A stretch of 64,000 bases of DNA from Ptychomitrium polyphyllum (GCA_973851085.1 OZ316775.1:12338001-12402000); one strand, 5' to 3'. Counted from the first letter of the stretch, positions 49,776-64,000 are shown. Notes: a model not told the origin generated them from the letters alone. Numbers and translations: made by a program.

Positions 49776-52700
49776 CATTGGACATATTTTGTTTCATATG
49801 ATGAAATCCTGAAGCCTTATTTTGTTGTTACTTTATTTGTAACTCTCACAGTCTAAAGTATGTAGATTTTCATCTTGAAATTATAAAAGATCATTAGAGA
49901 TTGTGAATTACCCTCTTTCAAATGAATTCTATATTTTTTCTTTCTATTTCTGCTTCATTCACAAAGTCTATTGGTCTGAACATAGTTAATATGCTAGAAA
50001 CATTGGAAATAGGTTTGCAACTATTTTAGATCTTTGATGGTTATTAAACACATTTTTCATGGAGCTTTTTATCTTTAATACCACCAATAATTTAAACCAA
50101 TACACTTGTCAGGCTGAAGAATCCATCGGTGATATTTAGAGTCTATATGAAGAAGTTGTTTGATTGCAAGAAGCCAATACTGGAACAAAATTCTTATGTC
50201 AAAACCATGTGGAGCCAAAGATTAATATGCCAGACAAGTTTGATGGATCAAAACCAAAGTTGGAAGGCTTTGTTCAACAAGTATGGCTCTTTCTCAATTT
50301 GCATCAATCTTGCTATTTTGACGATACCACTCAAGTGGAGTTTGTAGCCACTTTTCTATCAAACAATACACTATCATGGATTGCACCATTAATAGAAAAG
50401 CAGTCACCATTATAAAACAACTTAGATGCTTTCATGGAAGTGTTGACATCTACTTTTGGAGACACCGACCGAGAGAGGGTGGCTAAAATAAGAATCCAAA
50501 TTTTACAACATAGACAACGCCCGACTGCTATATATGCTACAGAGTTTCAACAACTAGCTTGCGACCTTAACTGGCATGATAAGGCCTTGGTTGCGCAATT
50601 CCGATGTGGCTTGAGAAAAAATGTGAAGGATTTGCTACTTACAATGCCAAAGATTGATACGTTGGACAAATTCATTGTTGAAGTAATATCATGTGACAAT
50701 AGACCATTTGAAAGGCGCCAAGAACAACGCTTGGGATGGAAACTACTACATTAAAATATGGCAATCATTTCTTCAAAAATATTGGAAAGTCGACCACAAG
50801 GACCAAAATCCATGCAAATTGATGCCATTTAATTTATACATTTGACTCCATGGTGAAAAGAAAGATGTCAACAAAGAAACCTATGTTTGTATTGTAGTAA
50901 GTCTAGGCGTAAAGTGCACAATTGTGAAATCAAAGGATCTGCCTTCAAGGCTCGGAGCACAATGGTGGAGTTGAAAAACAAGGATGTCTAATCACAATAG
51001 GCACCATGTGTTTAGACACCACAAAGAAATCAACCATAAAATTAAAGTCTCTTACTACCTTCAACTTGTACCTCTTGCTTTATTTCTTCTATCAAAATCA
51101 AATTATCAAATGATTAAATATCTAGTGAAGCTCTTTTAGACACTAATGCAACGACATGCTTTATGGATAAGGATTTTGCAACCAAATACCAGATGGTATT
51201 GGTGAACAAAAAACATCTTGTACTTGTTGAAGTTATCAATAGACAATCTCTTGATTCAAGTAATATTATTGAAGAAATTCAGCTTTTAGAGGTTGTTTTA
51301 GGAAACCAAGCATCTAAGATTGTCTTTGACATCATTTGATGCCAAACAAATCCTATTGTCTTGGGTATTCTTTGGTTTAAATTATATAATCTAGACAATG
51401 ATTGTAGTTCACGGAGTATAGTCTCAAGGAAAAGACGTCAAGGTATAAGAAATCTTTGATATCATTTATTGGAGCTAAGGCGTTTATGAGAGCGGCAAAA
51501 GATAAACCAGTCTATGCCATTTATGCCACACCAATGGTTGGCTCTATAGAAGAAACTAATCAAATCATACTCCACCAATACCAAGATTATAAGGACATCT
51601 TTGAAAAGAAGAATGCAGACATATTACCAAAGCACCGGCCGCATGATTGCGCCATCAATTTGCAAAAAGGAGCTCAACCACCTTTCGGACGTATCTCTAA
51701 TTTATCACAAACCGAGTTGAATGCTTTGAGAAAATATATTGATGAAAACCTTAGAAAAGGCTTTACGCAATATTCCAAATCACCTGCTAGAGCATCCATC
51801 CTATTTGTAAAGAAGGATGGATCATTACGTATATGCAAGGACAATTGAAGCCTCAATAAAATGACCAAGAAGAATTGCTATTTGTTACCATTAATTTTAG
51901 GACTTCTACAATACCTTGGCCAAGTAAGGATATCACCAAGATCGACTTTAGAAGAGCGTACAACCTCGTACATATTAATTAAGGAGAAAAGTGGAAGACA
52001 ACCTCTTAATCTATTTACAACCATTTTGAATTCAATGTTATGCCTTTTGGCCTTTTTAATGCCCATGCGGTCTTCCAATGCATGATGTATGATATCTTCT
52101 ATGAGCATTTTGATAATTTTTTAGTCATCTACTCGAATGACACTTCAAGATATTCAAAAGATGAATAAAACCCCAAATGTCATATGTGAGTGGTGTTAGA
52201 ATAACTACACCAGGATTATATGCCAAATTGGAAAAGTACCATTTGTGTGAATCTTTGGTTGAATTTTTAGACTACATATCCAAAGGAAGAAACCCTATGG
52301 ATGAAAATAAAACAAGCACTGTTATGGAGTGGAATATGCTAAGATTAACTCAAAATATATAATGCTTCTTTGAATTTGTAAACTACTGCACAATATTCAT
52401 GAAAGATTATTCCAAGATTGTGGAGCCATTGACGCAATATACAAGGAATCAAAGCTTCACTTGGATTGAAGAAGCAGAAGAAGCATTTCAAAGTCTTAAA
52501 AAGTCATTCATGTCGGTTCCAATCTTTATTGGCTCAAATCCATCAAAATCTTTTTATTTGGAAGCGGATGCCTCTGACTTTGCGCTTGGCTAAGTACTCT
52601 TAGAATGTGATAAAGACAAAAGACTATATTCAATTGCTTTTCATTCATAGAGGTTCTCAGCGGTAGAGATTAATTATAATATACATGACAAAGAATTACT

Positions 52701-53063
52701 TGCAATTGTGGATGGATTTTGTAAATGGCAGTATTTATTGGAAGGAGTTCAACATACCATCACAATATATATAGACTACAAGAACTTAAAGTACTTCATG
52801 AGTGCACATGTTCAAAATTGCCAACAAAGAAGGTGGAGTATGTTGCTTTCCAGATTTGACTTTGTCATTTTCTAATGTCCTGGTGGCCTACAAGGTAAGC
52901 CAGATGTCCTATCCTAAAGATCTTATCTGGCTTTAAAACCTTAAAATGATATTTATAATTAGTAAAAGACTATTTTGTTGAAGCCACAAATTCTTCAATT
53001 GAAAGCAGCGACCATCACCACAATATCCCAACTTGACCAAATTTGAAGAGATTTGAGGTATGA

Positions 53064-56000
53064 TGTCGCAACCCTTGTAATGCATCCTAACAAACGTCAT
53101 GCGCATTAAACTTGTACTCCCCTACATGCACATGGCTAACCCCCATTTTGACATTCCAAGTCCTTCTATTATTTTTCTTCGGACATTCAATTGATTGGTA
53201 GTCAATGGTTAGGTGCGGACTTCCATTCATGTCCAAGGTCTCACTTGGTGTTACTCCCATTCCACACGGCCTAACCGCACTTAATGGTGTTTCTTCACAA
53301 CCATTCATGATCCCCATGTGATTCTAAGATCACTCCAGGCCATCATGGTGCCGACGTGAAGACATCACTCCAACATAGTGGTAACAACCGTGCCCTTGTT
53401 ATCTTACTAGTTCCCTTTGTGAAACCAGTCATCCATCAGCTCACAATAGTGTGGGAGTCCCCGTGGTGAAGCCCCAACACTAGTTCCACCAACTGGGACT
53501 TACCCTTGCTTCCTACCGAGACACTAGGAGAGTGGGTAGGGAGACCATCCTTCCCCTATAGTATTCTCTGTGGAAATTGGCAGGCCCTTTGGCCCATTGT
53601 AGCTGGTTGAACCCCGACACACCCAAAGTTTTGGAAGACCACCTGATCTCTCTTGGAACTTAGCCGTTGGAAGACTCCGAGACTTCATCTAGACCTTCAA
53701 GGAGCCATATCTTCCACGTTTGATGTCCAAATCCATCAAGCGACCACTCTATTGTCATTTATTTTTTGCATAAATGCCGATAGACTCCTCACACGTCCGA
53801 TTTGAGTTACTACTCTGGGAGATATGCCTCTCCCTGTTAGGAACACAAGAAACAAGAAGCAGAAACCAAGTGTTTTCCAAGAATTAGCTTTCAAAGAACT
53901 AATGATTAACAAGAACTTTGATACAAAGACTACAACAAGGCAGGATTCAAGATGATCCACAACTTGTGTTGGCAAGACTGAGGAATACCTTGTCTTGCCT
54001 CCTATTTATACTAGGACGTTTGTATCTCCTATGATACTTCTAAAGAAGCTTCCTACAAGGCTTAAGAATGTTCTGGAAGTCTAAAGAACCTTCTCAAGAA
54101 GTTTCCTAAGATGTTGGAACCTTCCTAAGTAGCTTCCAAGGAATTGGAACCTTCTTTGGAAGCTTCCAAGGAGTTGGAACCTTCCTTGGAAGTTTCCTAA
54201 GGTAGCGGACCCTTCTTAGGAAGTTTCTTGAAGAGGTAGAACCTTCTTAGGAAGTTTCCTAAAGTGATGGAACCTTCCTAGGAAGTTTCCTAAGGTGATG
54301 GAACCTTCCTAGGAAGTTTCCTAAGGTGGAGGAACTTTCCTGGGAAGCTTCTTAGAAACATAAAAAAGGCTATGGAGACATTTAAAAGTATTCTAAGAAA
54401 CTATTCTAGTATACTAGTAGGTTCTAGAATGTTCTAAGGACTATGTTGCATGATTTATGTCCGTGACATCACCTCCCCTTTTAGCGACGAGTCCCATGAG
54501 GAGTTGTTTTCTTGGCTTGCTTGTCACATTTCCACAAATTCCAAAATTTGTCAATAGAGTGAAGCAACATACTCTGCTTGTTGTTCTTTGTTCACTGGCT
54601 CAACTGGTCCTTGCAAGAAACGCCGATGGCCACCAGCCAAGACTTCTGTTATTGAAATGTCCCATCCCAAGATCTGATCTTGATTAAGTCCTTCAAAACA
54701 TCCTCCAAACAAGATTTTGGGTCCTCCAGGAGTGACTCTTCCAATTTTCAACAAGATGACTAGAGCGCGAGCATCTGAATCAAGACTGGAATGTGAAGGG
54801 CGACTAGTCAATACTTCCGCACGAGGTCGTACTCGACGTTGGGATGTCCCTCCCATATCTTGACTTAGATCCTCCGTTACCGAGGGCTGAGAAAGTTGAG
54901 TTGGCTCAACAGATGCTGTTGTTGATGAAAGCATGGCCGACTACTCTTCACGCATATCCATGATAACACGAAGATTTGACATACTGGCTAGGATCTAGAA
55001 ATGATCTATCTTGGAAATAATGCTGCATACAATTGGAGGTTTGAATATCTCTCCTCCCTTCTTATACTTGTCTACAAAGGAAAAACTTCTCTGTGAAGCT
55101 AACGGCTGCTGATGACACATCATCACTGACCTGGTTTCTGAGGATATCTTTGATGAAATTCGCGTACCTTCTTGGATGCGTTTGTTACATTCGTTGAAGG
55201 TTCCCATGTTCGGTCATTGATGCCATATCCTTGCCAATGTATAAGATACTCCACACATTCGTTCTTGATGCGTGAATCTAAGATCTCTTCCACTTCATAT
55301 TCAATTTCATTATTGATTTCCAGCAGAGGAGGCGGAGGAACAATTCTTTCTGGTATACATGATTTGTTATAGGTTTCCAACAACAATACGTGGAATACTG
55401 GATGGATTTTCATGCTTGGTGGTAGCTTTAGGCAATAACTAACCGGATTTATTTGTTTGCTGATTTCAAACGGTCCAAGCCTTTGATAGTTCAACTTCTT
55501 TGATGGTCTTTTTGTCTGTATATTTCGTCGTAGGAGCCATACGCTATCTCCAACCTTGAACTTTGGATGGTCCTTCCGATGGCGATCTGCATAAGTTTTG
55601 TAACAATCTTGAGCTTGTTGTAACTGGAAGGTAATTTCTTGATGGATTTTAGCAAGTTGAATTGCAAAATCCTCTACTGAGGAACTTCCAACATGCTTCA
55701 CTTGAAATGGATCTGTTCGAGGATGATGCCCATAGTTTGCAAAGAATGGACTTTGAGTTGTTGAAGAGTGCACCGTATTGTTGTAAGCAAATTCTGCCAA
55801 AGGCAAGAGATCCATCCAGTTGTCTTGCTGGTAGTTTATGCTACAACGAAGGTACTGCTCCAAAATTTGATTCACGCGTTCGGTTTGGCCATCAGTTTGT
55901 AGATGGTGTGCTGAAGAAAGATTAATCTTTACACGCAACAGTTGGAATAGAGCCCTCCAAAAGTTGGAAATGAACTGCGGCCCCCAATTGGATACAATAT

Positions 56001-59000
56001 CATCTGATAGTCCATGTATGCGGTAGACGTGATTTAGGAACAACTTGGCAGTTTGTTTTCCAGTTACTGTCTTGTTGTATGGAATGAAAAGTGCCATTTT
56101 GGTAAATCGATCCACCACTACCAAAATAGAATCTTTAGAATCGGAATTTAGAAGGTCCGTGATAAAATCCATTGATAAAGACAACCATGCGCCCCTTGGC
56201 ACTGGAAGCGGATGGAGGAGACCATGAGGTTGGTGCCTTGGTACCTTGGCTCTTGCACAAGTGTCGCATAATCGAATAAAGTCCTTCACGTACTTCCACA
56301 TTTGTGGCCACCAATAGTCTCTAGCAATCAATTCCATTGTTTTATTGAATCCAAAATGTCCTGCTGCTAGAAATCATGACGTGCTTGAAGGATCTTTAAC
56401 CTCAAAGGGCCTGGAGGTAGGTACAAAAGTCCTTTATAATAAAGTAGGCCCTCTTGAAATTCAAAATCCTCATCGCTATTTGAAGGATTTCCATTGTGTT
56501 TGAGGCGCTTCTTTATATTTGAAACAAAAACGTCATTCTTTAAAGCCTTCCAAATTTCGTCAAAATGGGATGTTGTCATAATAATGGCTGCTTTCAATTG
56601 AAGATTCTCAGGCTTCAATAAAATAGTCTTTTGTTGATTCAAAACATCATCTCCAGGTTGAAGAGCTAAATAAGATCTTCAAAATAAGGCATCTGACTTT
56701 CCTTGCAAGCTACCAGATCGATAGGTAATGACAAAGTCAAATCTGGAAAGCGACATACTCCACCTTGCTTGACGGCGATTCAAAACGCGCGCACTCATGA
56801 AATACTCCAAGTTTTTGTGGTCTGTGTATATTGTGATGGTATGTTGAGCTCCTTCCAATAAGTGTGGCCATTCTTCGAACGCATCCACAATTGCAGGTGG
56901 TTCTTTATCATGTATATCATAGTTGATATCTGCCAAATAAAACTTCCTTGAACGAAAGGCAAGAAGGTGAAGTCTCCCATCTTGATCATATTGTGAGAGT
57001 ATTGAGCCAAGCGCAAAATCTGAGGCATCCGCTTCCAAATAAAAAGGCTTTGATGGATTTGGATGAATTAGAATTGGAGCCGACGTGAATGACTTCTTAA
57101 GACTTTGAAATGCTTTTTCCGCCTCTTCATTCCAAATGAATTTTTGCTTCCCCGTAAGACGTGTTAATGGTGCCACAATCTTGGAATAATTCTTGATGAA
57201 TATTCTATAGAAATTTGCAAATCCCAAGAAGCATTGAACATCTCGAATTGATTTTGGCGTACTCCACTTCGTGACAGTGCTTATTTTTTTCTTATCCATA
57301 TGGATTCCTCATTTGAAAATGATGTAGCCTAAAAATTCAACCGATAATTCATAGAAAATGCACTTCTCCAATTTAGCATATAATCCTCGCTGGAGTAGTT
57401 TTTCTAAGACCATTTGCACATACCTTTCGTGGTCTTGTTCATCTTTTGAATATATCAAAATATCATCTAAGTAGATGACTACAAAATCATCCAGATATTC
57501 ATGGAAGATATCATTCATCATATGTTGGAAGACTGCGGGAGCATCAGTTAGGCCAAAAGGCATGACACTGTATTCAAAATGACCATACCTAGATCGAAAA
57601 GCTGTCTTCCATTTGTCTCCTTCTTTGATGTGTACAAGATTGTAGGCTCCTCTAAGATCAATTTTGGTGATTATCTTTGCTTGGCCAAGTTGTTGTAGGA
57701 GTCCTGAGATTAATGGTAATGGATAGCGATTCTTTTTTGTTACTTTATTGAGGCCTCGATAGTCCACGCACATACGTAATGATCCATCTTTCTTCTTTAC
57801 AAATAGAATGGGTGCTCCAGTAGGTGATTTAGAGTATTGAATGAAACCCTTTCCAAGGTTTTCATCAATATATTCTTTCAAGGCAGCCAACTCAGTTTGT
57901 AATAAGTTATAAATAGGTCCAAAGGGTGGTTGGGCTCCTTCTTGCAACTCAATGGTACAATTGTAAGGCCGGTGCTTTGGTAACATGTCCGCATTCTTCT
58001 TTTCAAAAAGGTCTTTATAATCTTGATATTGACGAGGTATGTTTTTATTAGTCTCTATTATAGAGCTAGACATTGGCGTGGCATAAACGGCATAGATTGG
58101 TTCATCCTTCGCCGCTCTCATAAATGCCTTAGCACTAATAAACAATGGTCCAAGATTTCTTGTATTTTGACAACTTTTCTTTAAGACCACACTTCGTGAG
58201 CGCCAGTCAATGTTTGGATTATGTAATTCAAACCTAGGAAGGCCCAAAACAATAGGATTCGTTTGGCATTGAATGATGTTGAAGATAATCTTAGATGCCT
58301 GGTCTCCTAAAATAACCTCCAATGGTTGAGTTTCTTCAATAACGTTGCCAGACGCAAGAAATTGTCCATCAATAACTTCAACAAGTGCGCGATATTTTTT
58401 CTTCACAAGCACCATGCGATGTTTGGTTGCAAAATCCTTGTCCATAAAACATGCCGTTGTACCAATGTCTAAGAGAGCCTCGCTAATTATTTCATCATCT
58501 AACAATTTAATTTTGATAGGAAATGCAAAACAAGAGGTAGGGTTTGAAGGTAGTAAGAGACCTTGATTCGATGGTGGTTTCCTTGTGGTGTCCAATCGCA
58601 TGGTCCCTACTGTGACTGGACAGCTTCATATTCCAACTCCACCATTGTGCTTTGAGTCTTAAAAGCAGATCCTTTGATTTGGCAATCGCGCACTTTATGT
58701 CCAGACTTGCCACAATACAAACATAGGTTTTCTCTTCAACGCCTTTCTTTTTCTTCTGGAGTCAAGCGTCTGAACTGGGCAGCATCAATTTGCATAGGTT
58801 CTGGTCCTTGCGGTCGACTTTCAGATACTCTTGAAGAAGTGGTAGCCATGTTTTGATGTACTGGTCGCCATTCCAAGCGTTGTTCTTGGCGCCTCTCAAA
58901 TAGTCTGTCGTCACATGCTATTGTTTGAGTGATGAATTCGTCCAATGTTTCAACTCTTGGCATTGTGAGTAGCAAATCCTTGACATTCTCTCTTAAGCCC

Positions 59001-60875
59001 CATCGGAATCGTGTGACCAAGGCTTTATCATTCCAATCAAGGTCGCAAGCTAATTGTCGAAACTCTGCAACATATGTAGCAGCTGAGCGCTGCCGTTGTT
59101 GGAGACTCTAGATCCTTGTCTCAGCCACCCTCTCTCGGTCGGTGTCTCCAAAAGTAGATGTCAATGCTTCTATAAAAGCATCTAAGTTGTTCAATAATGG
59201 TGACTGCTTCTCCATTAGTGGTGCAAACCATGATAGTGCATTGTTTGATAAAAGAGTGGCCACAAATTCCACTTGAGTAGTGCCATCAGGATAGCAAGAT
59301 TGATGCAAACTAAGTAAGAGTCTTATTTGTTGAACAAATCCTCTCAATTTCGATCTTGATCCATCAAACTTGTCTGGCATACTAATCTTTGGCTCTAAGT
59401 GGGTTTGACGGAAACCTTCCCTTCCAATATTGGCCCCTCGCAATCGAACAACCTCTTGATATAGGCTTTGAATATCACCATTGGATTCTTCAGCTTGCCG
59501 AGTGTGTTGCTCCAAATTGTTGGTGGTATTAAAACGGGCGAGTTCTGTTTGAACTATGTATCATAATTCTTGAAGCTCTGCAATAGTTGCAAACCTATTC
59601 TCTGATGTTTCAGGCACGTTATCCATTTTTTAAGACTCTCAAAGACAGAAAGAGTATGAGTACCTTCAAAGGAGAAAAATCCACGTGCTTCGAAAGAAGT
59701 AATACTTGGTTCTAGAAGGAGAAACCAACTCTATGGTGCCAGCTTAGAGGAGGATAATCCGCAACCTCTAAGACATTATGGAATCCTATAGAAGATAGGT
59801 AATCCACAATCTTCTTCAAAGAACCTTAGCTCTGACAAAGATGAAAAGTAGTCTTGCCAAACTGTTAGAGACACAAGAAACAAGAAGCAGAAACCAAGTG
59901 TTTTCCAAGAATTAGCTTTCAAAGAACTAATGATTAACAAGAACTTTGATACAAAGACTACAACAAGGCAGGATTCAAGATGATCCACAACTTGTGTTGG
60001 CAAGACTGAGGAATACCTTGTCTTGCCTCCTATTTATACTAGGACGTTTGTATCTCCTATGATACTTCTAAAGAAGCTTCCTACAAGGCTTAAGAATGTT
60101 CTGGAAGTCTAAAGAACCTTCTCAAGAAGTTTCCTAAGATGTTGGAACCTTCCTAAGTAGCTTCCAAGGAATTGGAACCTTCTTTGGAAGCTTCCAAGGA
60201 GTTGGAACCTTCCTTGGAAGTTTCGTAAGGTAGCGGACCCTTCTTAGGAAGTTTCTTGAAGAGGTAGAACCTTCTTAGGAAGTTTCCTAAAGTGATGGAA
60301 GCTTCCTAGGAAGTAACCTAAGATGATAGAACCTTCCTAAGAAGTTTCCTAAGGTGGAGGAACTTTCCTGGGAAGCTTCCTAGAAACATAAAAAAGGCTA
60401 TGGAGACATTTAAAAGTATTCTAAAAAACTATTCTAGTATACTAGAAGGTTCTAGAATGTTCTAAGGACTATGTTGCATGATTTATGTCCGTGACACTCC
60501 CAAGGCTTGGGACTCCCGAAGAGTCCCTCCCTGCACTGTATCAGTCCAGTACAATCACTGTCTAAGAGTGCCATAGTCCAGAACCGCCCCTTGGCAATCC
60601 CAACTTTGGGATGCCATATCATTTAGCTCCCTTGTCCGATTGGAGCAATCTTTAGCATTCTAGAATCAACTCTTCATGAGCCCTCCAATGCCCACGATTT
60701 CTCCCTCGTGGCCCTTAGTCTACATGGGCAAGGATATATCTCCTCCTTGGGATCCTTCCCACGGTAGGCCCACTCGGTTCCCTTCATCATCGGCGCCACA
60801 AGTCTCAAATGTCACTTTGGGGTCCTGCTTATGCGCTTAGTGTTGTGGACACTCTTAAAAGAGAGGTGCGCGACA
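53064..60875 (-). mobile_element. Family B solo LTR split in two (53064-53834 and 60502-60875) by copy A4
   Basis: TGTCGCAACC...GCGCGACA termini. TSD TATGA/TGTGA (1 mismatch). Confidence 0.9.
53835..60496 (-). mobile_element. Family A full-length copy A4, the most intact. 5' LTR 60496-59863, 3' LTR 54468-53835
   Basis: Two 634-bp LTRs with about a dozen differences by eye. Perfect TSD CTCCC (53830-53834, 60497-60501). PPT AAAAGGGGAGGTGA. Long PR-RT (430 aa), RH and INT-chromodomain (404 aa) ORFs, still interrupted by stops and frameshifts. Confidence 0.97.
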
Positions 60876-63479
60876 TGTGATGTTCTTATTTCAAATATGA
60901 AGAGGCATTTCAATGACAAATAGAGATTCTTCAAAAAAGAATGAGGAATTTGAATTACAAAAGGACCTATTTTACTATAAATAATTTATGTATCTATCTT
61001 TGGAACCTTTACAATTGAATATTTTTCAAGCACGCCATGATTTTCCAACGGTAGAGCAGTTTGGATTCAATAAAACAGTGGAGTTGAATGCTAGATATTA
61101 TTAGCATCTATAAATATGGAAATACGTGAAGGATTTTGTTTGATTATGCAATACTTGCACAAGAGCCAACATACCAAGATATTAACCTCATGGTCTCTAC
61201 CATCTACTTCCAGTGCCAAAGGGTTCACAATTATCATTGACAATGGATTTCATCACGGACCTCTTCCGTTGCATTATTAAGGACTCTATCTTAATAGTGG
61301 TGGATCAATCTACCAAGATGGCTCATTGTATTCCATAAAATAAGACAGTTATTGGAGAAATACCTACCATGTTGTTCCTAAATCACATTTACCACATACA
61401 TAGACTATCAAATGATATTGTATTCAATTGACGGCCGCAATATATTTCCAACTTTTGGAAGGCTCTATTCCAATTGCTTTGTGTAAAAATCAATCAATCC
61501 TCAAGATACCATTTGCAGACCTTAGATTACGCCAAATGTGTAAAATATAATTTAGAGCAGTACCATTTGTAGCAGCATAAACTACCAACACAACAATTGG
61601 ATGAATCCCTTACCATTGATGCATTTTGTATACAATAATACAATGCATAATTCCACAATGCAAACTCTGATCTTTGTAAATCATGGCCATCATCCTTGAG
61701 CAAATCCATTTCAAGTGAAGAACACAGGTGGTGTTGTAACAAAAGATTTTGCAACTCAACCTACTAAAATCCACCTAGAACTTGCTTTCTGGTTACAACA
61801 AGCTTAAAATTGATACAAAAACTATGCAAATCATCATTGGAAAGACCATCCAAAGTTTAAGATTGGAGATAGCATATGGTTCTTATAATGAAACATACAA
61901 GTAAAAAGACCGTCAAAGAAGTTGGACTATCAAAGGCTTGAACTATTTGAAATCATCGAATAAATAAATTTCGTGAAGTATTGCCTCAAACTACCACCAA
62001 CCATGCAAATTCCTTGAGTATTTTATGTATCTTTGTTGAAATCCTACAATAAGTTATATATACTAGAAAGGGTCGTTTTCCCACCTCCTCTGGTGGAAAT
62101 CAATAATGAAATGGAATATGAAGTTGAAGAGATTTTAAATTCATGCATAAAAAACGAACGTGTGGAGTATCTTATACATTGGCAAAGATATGGCATCAAT
62201 AGCCAAACATAGAAACCTTCAATGAATATAACAAATGCATTTGATAAGGTATGCAAATTTTATCAAAGATATACTCAAAAACCAAGTCATTGATGATGTG
62301 TTATGATAAATCAATAGCTGTTAACTTTTACAAAGAAGATTTTTCCATAGACGAGTGTAAGAAGGAGGCAGTCATATCCAACCTTCAATTGTATGCAACA
62401 TTATTTCCAAAATATATAATTTCTAGATCGTAGTTAATGTGCCAAAGCTTGTGTTTATCATAGATATGCGTGAAGAGCAGCCGGCTATTATAAACCAAAT
62501 AAACCTCCATTAATAGAAGGAATTTTATTTTATACAATCCTACTTGTATATGTAAATATTTATGATGCGTTGTACTCTAATTGAAAATTGCCTAATTGAT
62601 CTAACTTCTTAATTGGATAAAACGCTATATATTTAGGGTAATGTTGATGCTATTGCAAAAATTACAGTGTAATAGCATATGGGCAACTATATTCTTAAAT
62701 TATTTACTAGTTATTTAGCCAAGATCTTGCAAATCTCAGCTTTTAAATCGTCGTTTCATTTCTAAGAGGCAGCAGACTCCTGGTACTAAAGTATTTGCCG
62801 CCGCCATCTTTGTGGTTTAAATCTTTAGATCTTAGATTTTCAAAAAACTAGAGTTCATGCGGCTTTTGCAAAATTTAATATTGTAGCAATTGGCCTTATT
62901 ACTACCATAATGTGCCTTGCCTAATTTGGGCTTACAAGACTGCCCAACTAAAAGACACCTTCACTTCAAAGGGTTGTTATTTCTTTTATGCTTCTTTAAA
63001 TTGAGCATTCTTTAGCTTGTTGATGAACTTATAACTCCTTCTATTAACCCTTCAAATTTCAATTATTAGAGTTGCACAATGAAGGACTATTAGGTCAAAA
63101 TCCGAGCCCTAATTGTTGTTGTTTTCTTGCTACAATGTTAACTTTTTTTGCATAACATCAAATCTCTTCCTTGCTCATAACCAACTCCTATTGGCTGAAA
63201 ACTAATTGTGTCAACTGACTCCCAAACCTATTTGAAAAAATCTGATTTTTAATACCTAACTTCAAACCTCAACTTCAAACCCCAATTTCAATACCAAATT
63301 CTCTTTGCTTTTTGAACAAAAACCTCTCTTGCTAAAACTAATGGTGTGCTTCCAACTAAACTTTGCTTGAAAAAAATTCTCTGCTCTATGTTTCTTTACT
63401 TCCCCTTTTATAGGGAACCTCACTACCCTACTCCATTTCTATTGGCTGCTGAAATTTCTAAGCCACTTGATTCTAAGCC

Positions 63480-63810
63480 ATACTTTAACTTACTCCTAAA
63501 TGTAGCTATTGATTGTTATGTAGCTATTGTTCTAAACTTAATAATTGTTGTAAATTTAATTACTATTTTAACTTTAGCTATACTCCTAGATTTCATCTAT
63601 TATTCTAAATACAGCTAATATTCTAAATTTAATTATTTCTAGACTTGGGCAGTTGTTACCAATTTAACAATTGTTCTAATTTCAACTATTTTCTAAATTT
63701 CAGCAGCTATTCTAAATTAAACTAATATTTTATTTTTATCTATTATCTTAAATTTAGCTATGTTCCTAAGCTTTAGCTACTATTTTAAATTTTAGCTACT
63801 ATTTTAATTA
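63480..63810. repeat. Degenerate ~17-20 bp AT-rich tandem repeat (TTTAGCTATTnTTCTAAA-like)
   Basis: Recurrent tagcta...ttctaaatt motifs. Confidence 0.55.
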
Positions 63811-64000
63811 GTGGTAATCTTTTATCTCATTTTCTCACTTATTCTTTGTCTAATTTTGAGAACTTGTTCATATTCCTTTGATTTTCTCTATTTATTAGAC
63901 TTAACCACCATAGGCCATCAGCGTTTGCCCAAATTACACTAAAATCTCTTTAAAGTTCAACTACACCCTTAATTTGGCGTTTTGGCACTACTTATGTCTA

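Larger units (their letters stand above)
49980..62490 (+). mobile_element. Old decayed family A-like element A5 (gag-pol 49980-53063, continuing 60876-62490); host of the nested insertions
   Basis: Fragmented gag, PR, RT and RH ORFs at 50164-52593. Integrase and chromodomain remnants at 60900-62290 are collinear with A1. Confidence 0.85.

Noticed and set aside
62500..63450. Possible decayed coding or TE sequence after A5
   Set aside because: No recognisable motif or terminus.

Overview
Eukaryotic plant genomic DNA with spliceosomal introns. It is probably a moss such as Physcomitrium; this is inferred from the gene and LTR-retrotransposon content and is not proven. The first ~17 kb is genic. 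It holds a probable gene 3' end, a 2-exon PPR gene (-) head-to-head with a 6-exon mitochondrial monothiol glutaredoxin (GRXS15-like, +), a decayed pogo/Tigger transposase, and a 6-coding-exon LNK-family clock gene (-). About 17-26 kb is AT-rich decayed DNA with a 28-bp minisatellite and old LTR relics. About 26.2-62.5 kb is a nest of two chromodomain Ty3/gypsy families. Family A has ~510-640 bp LTRs and no tRNA PBS; family B has ~1.14 kb LTRs and a tRNA-Met PBS. The nest includes solo LTRs, TSDs, chimeric elements and a 3.9-kb near-identical inverted duplication. Main findings: (1) the PPR and glutaredoxin 5' UTRs and N-terminal presequences are an inverted duplication of one another. (2) Family A looks self-priming, like Tf1. 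(3) Family A has a -1 frameshift signal with a conserved hairpin and an extra ~199-codon ORF coupled to the pol stop by TGATG. (4) Its LTR carries a perfect heat-shock element. (5) Several copies show patchy homogenisation suggesting gene conversion.
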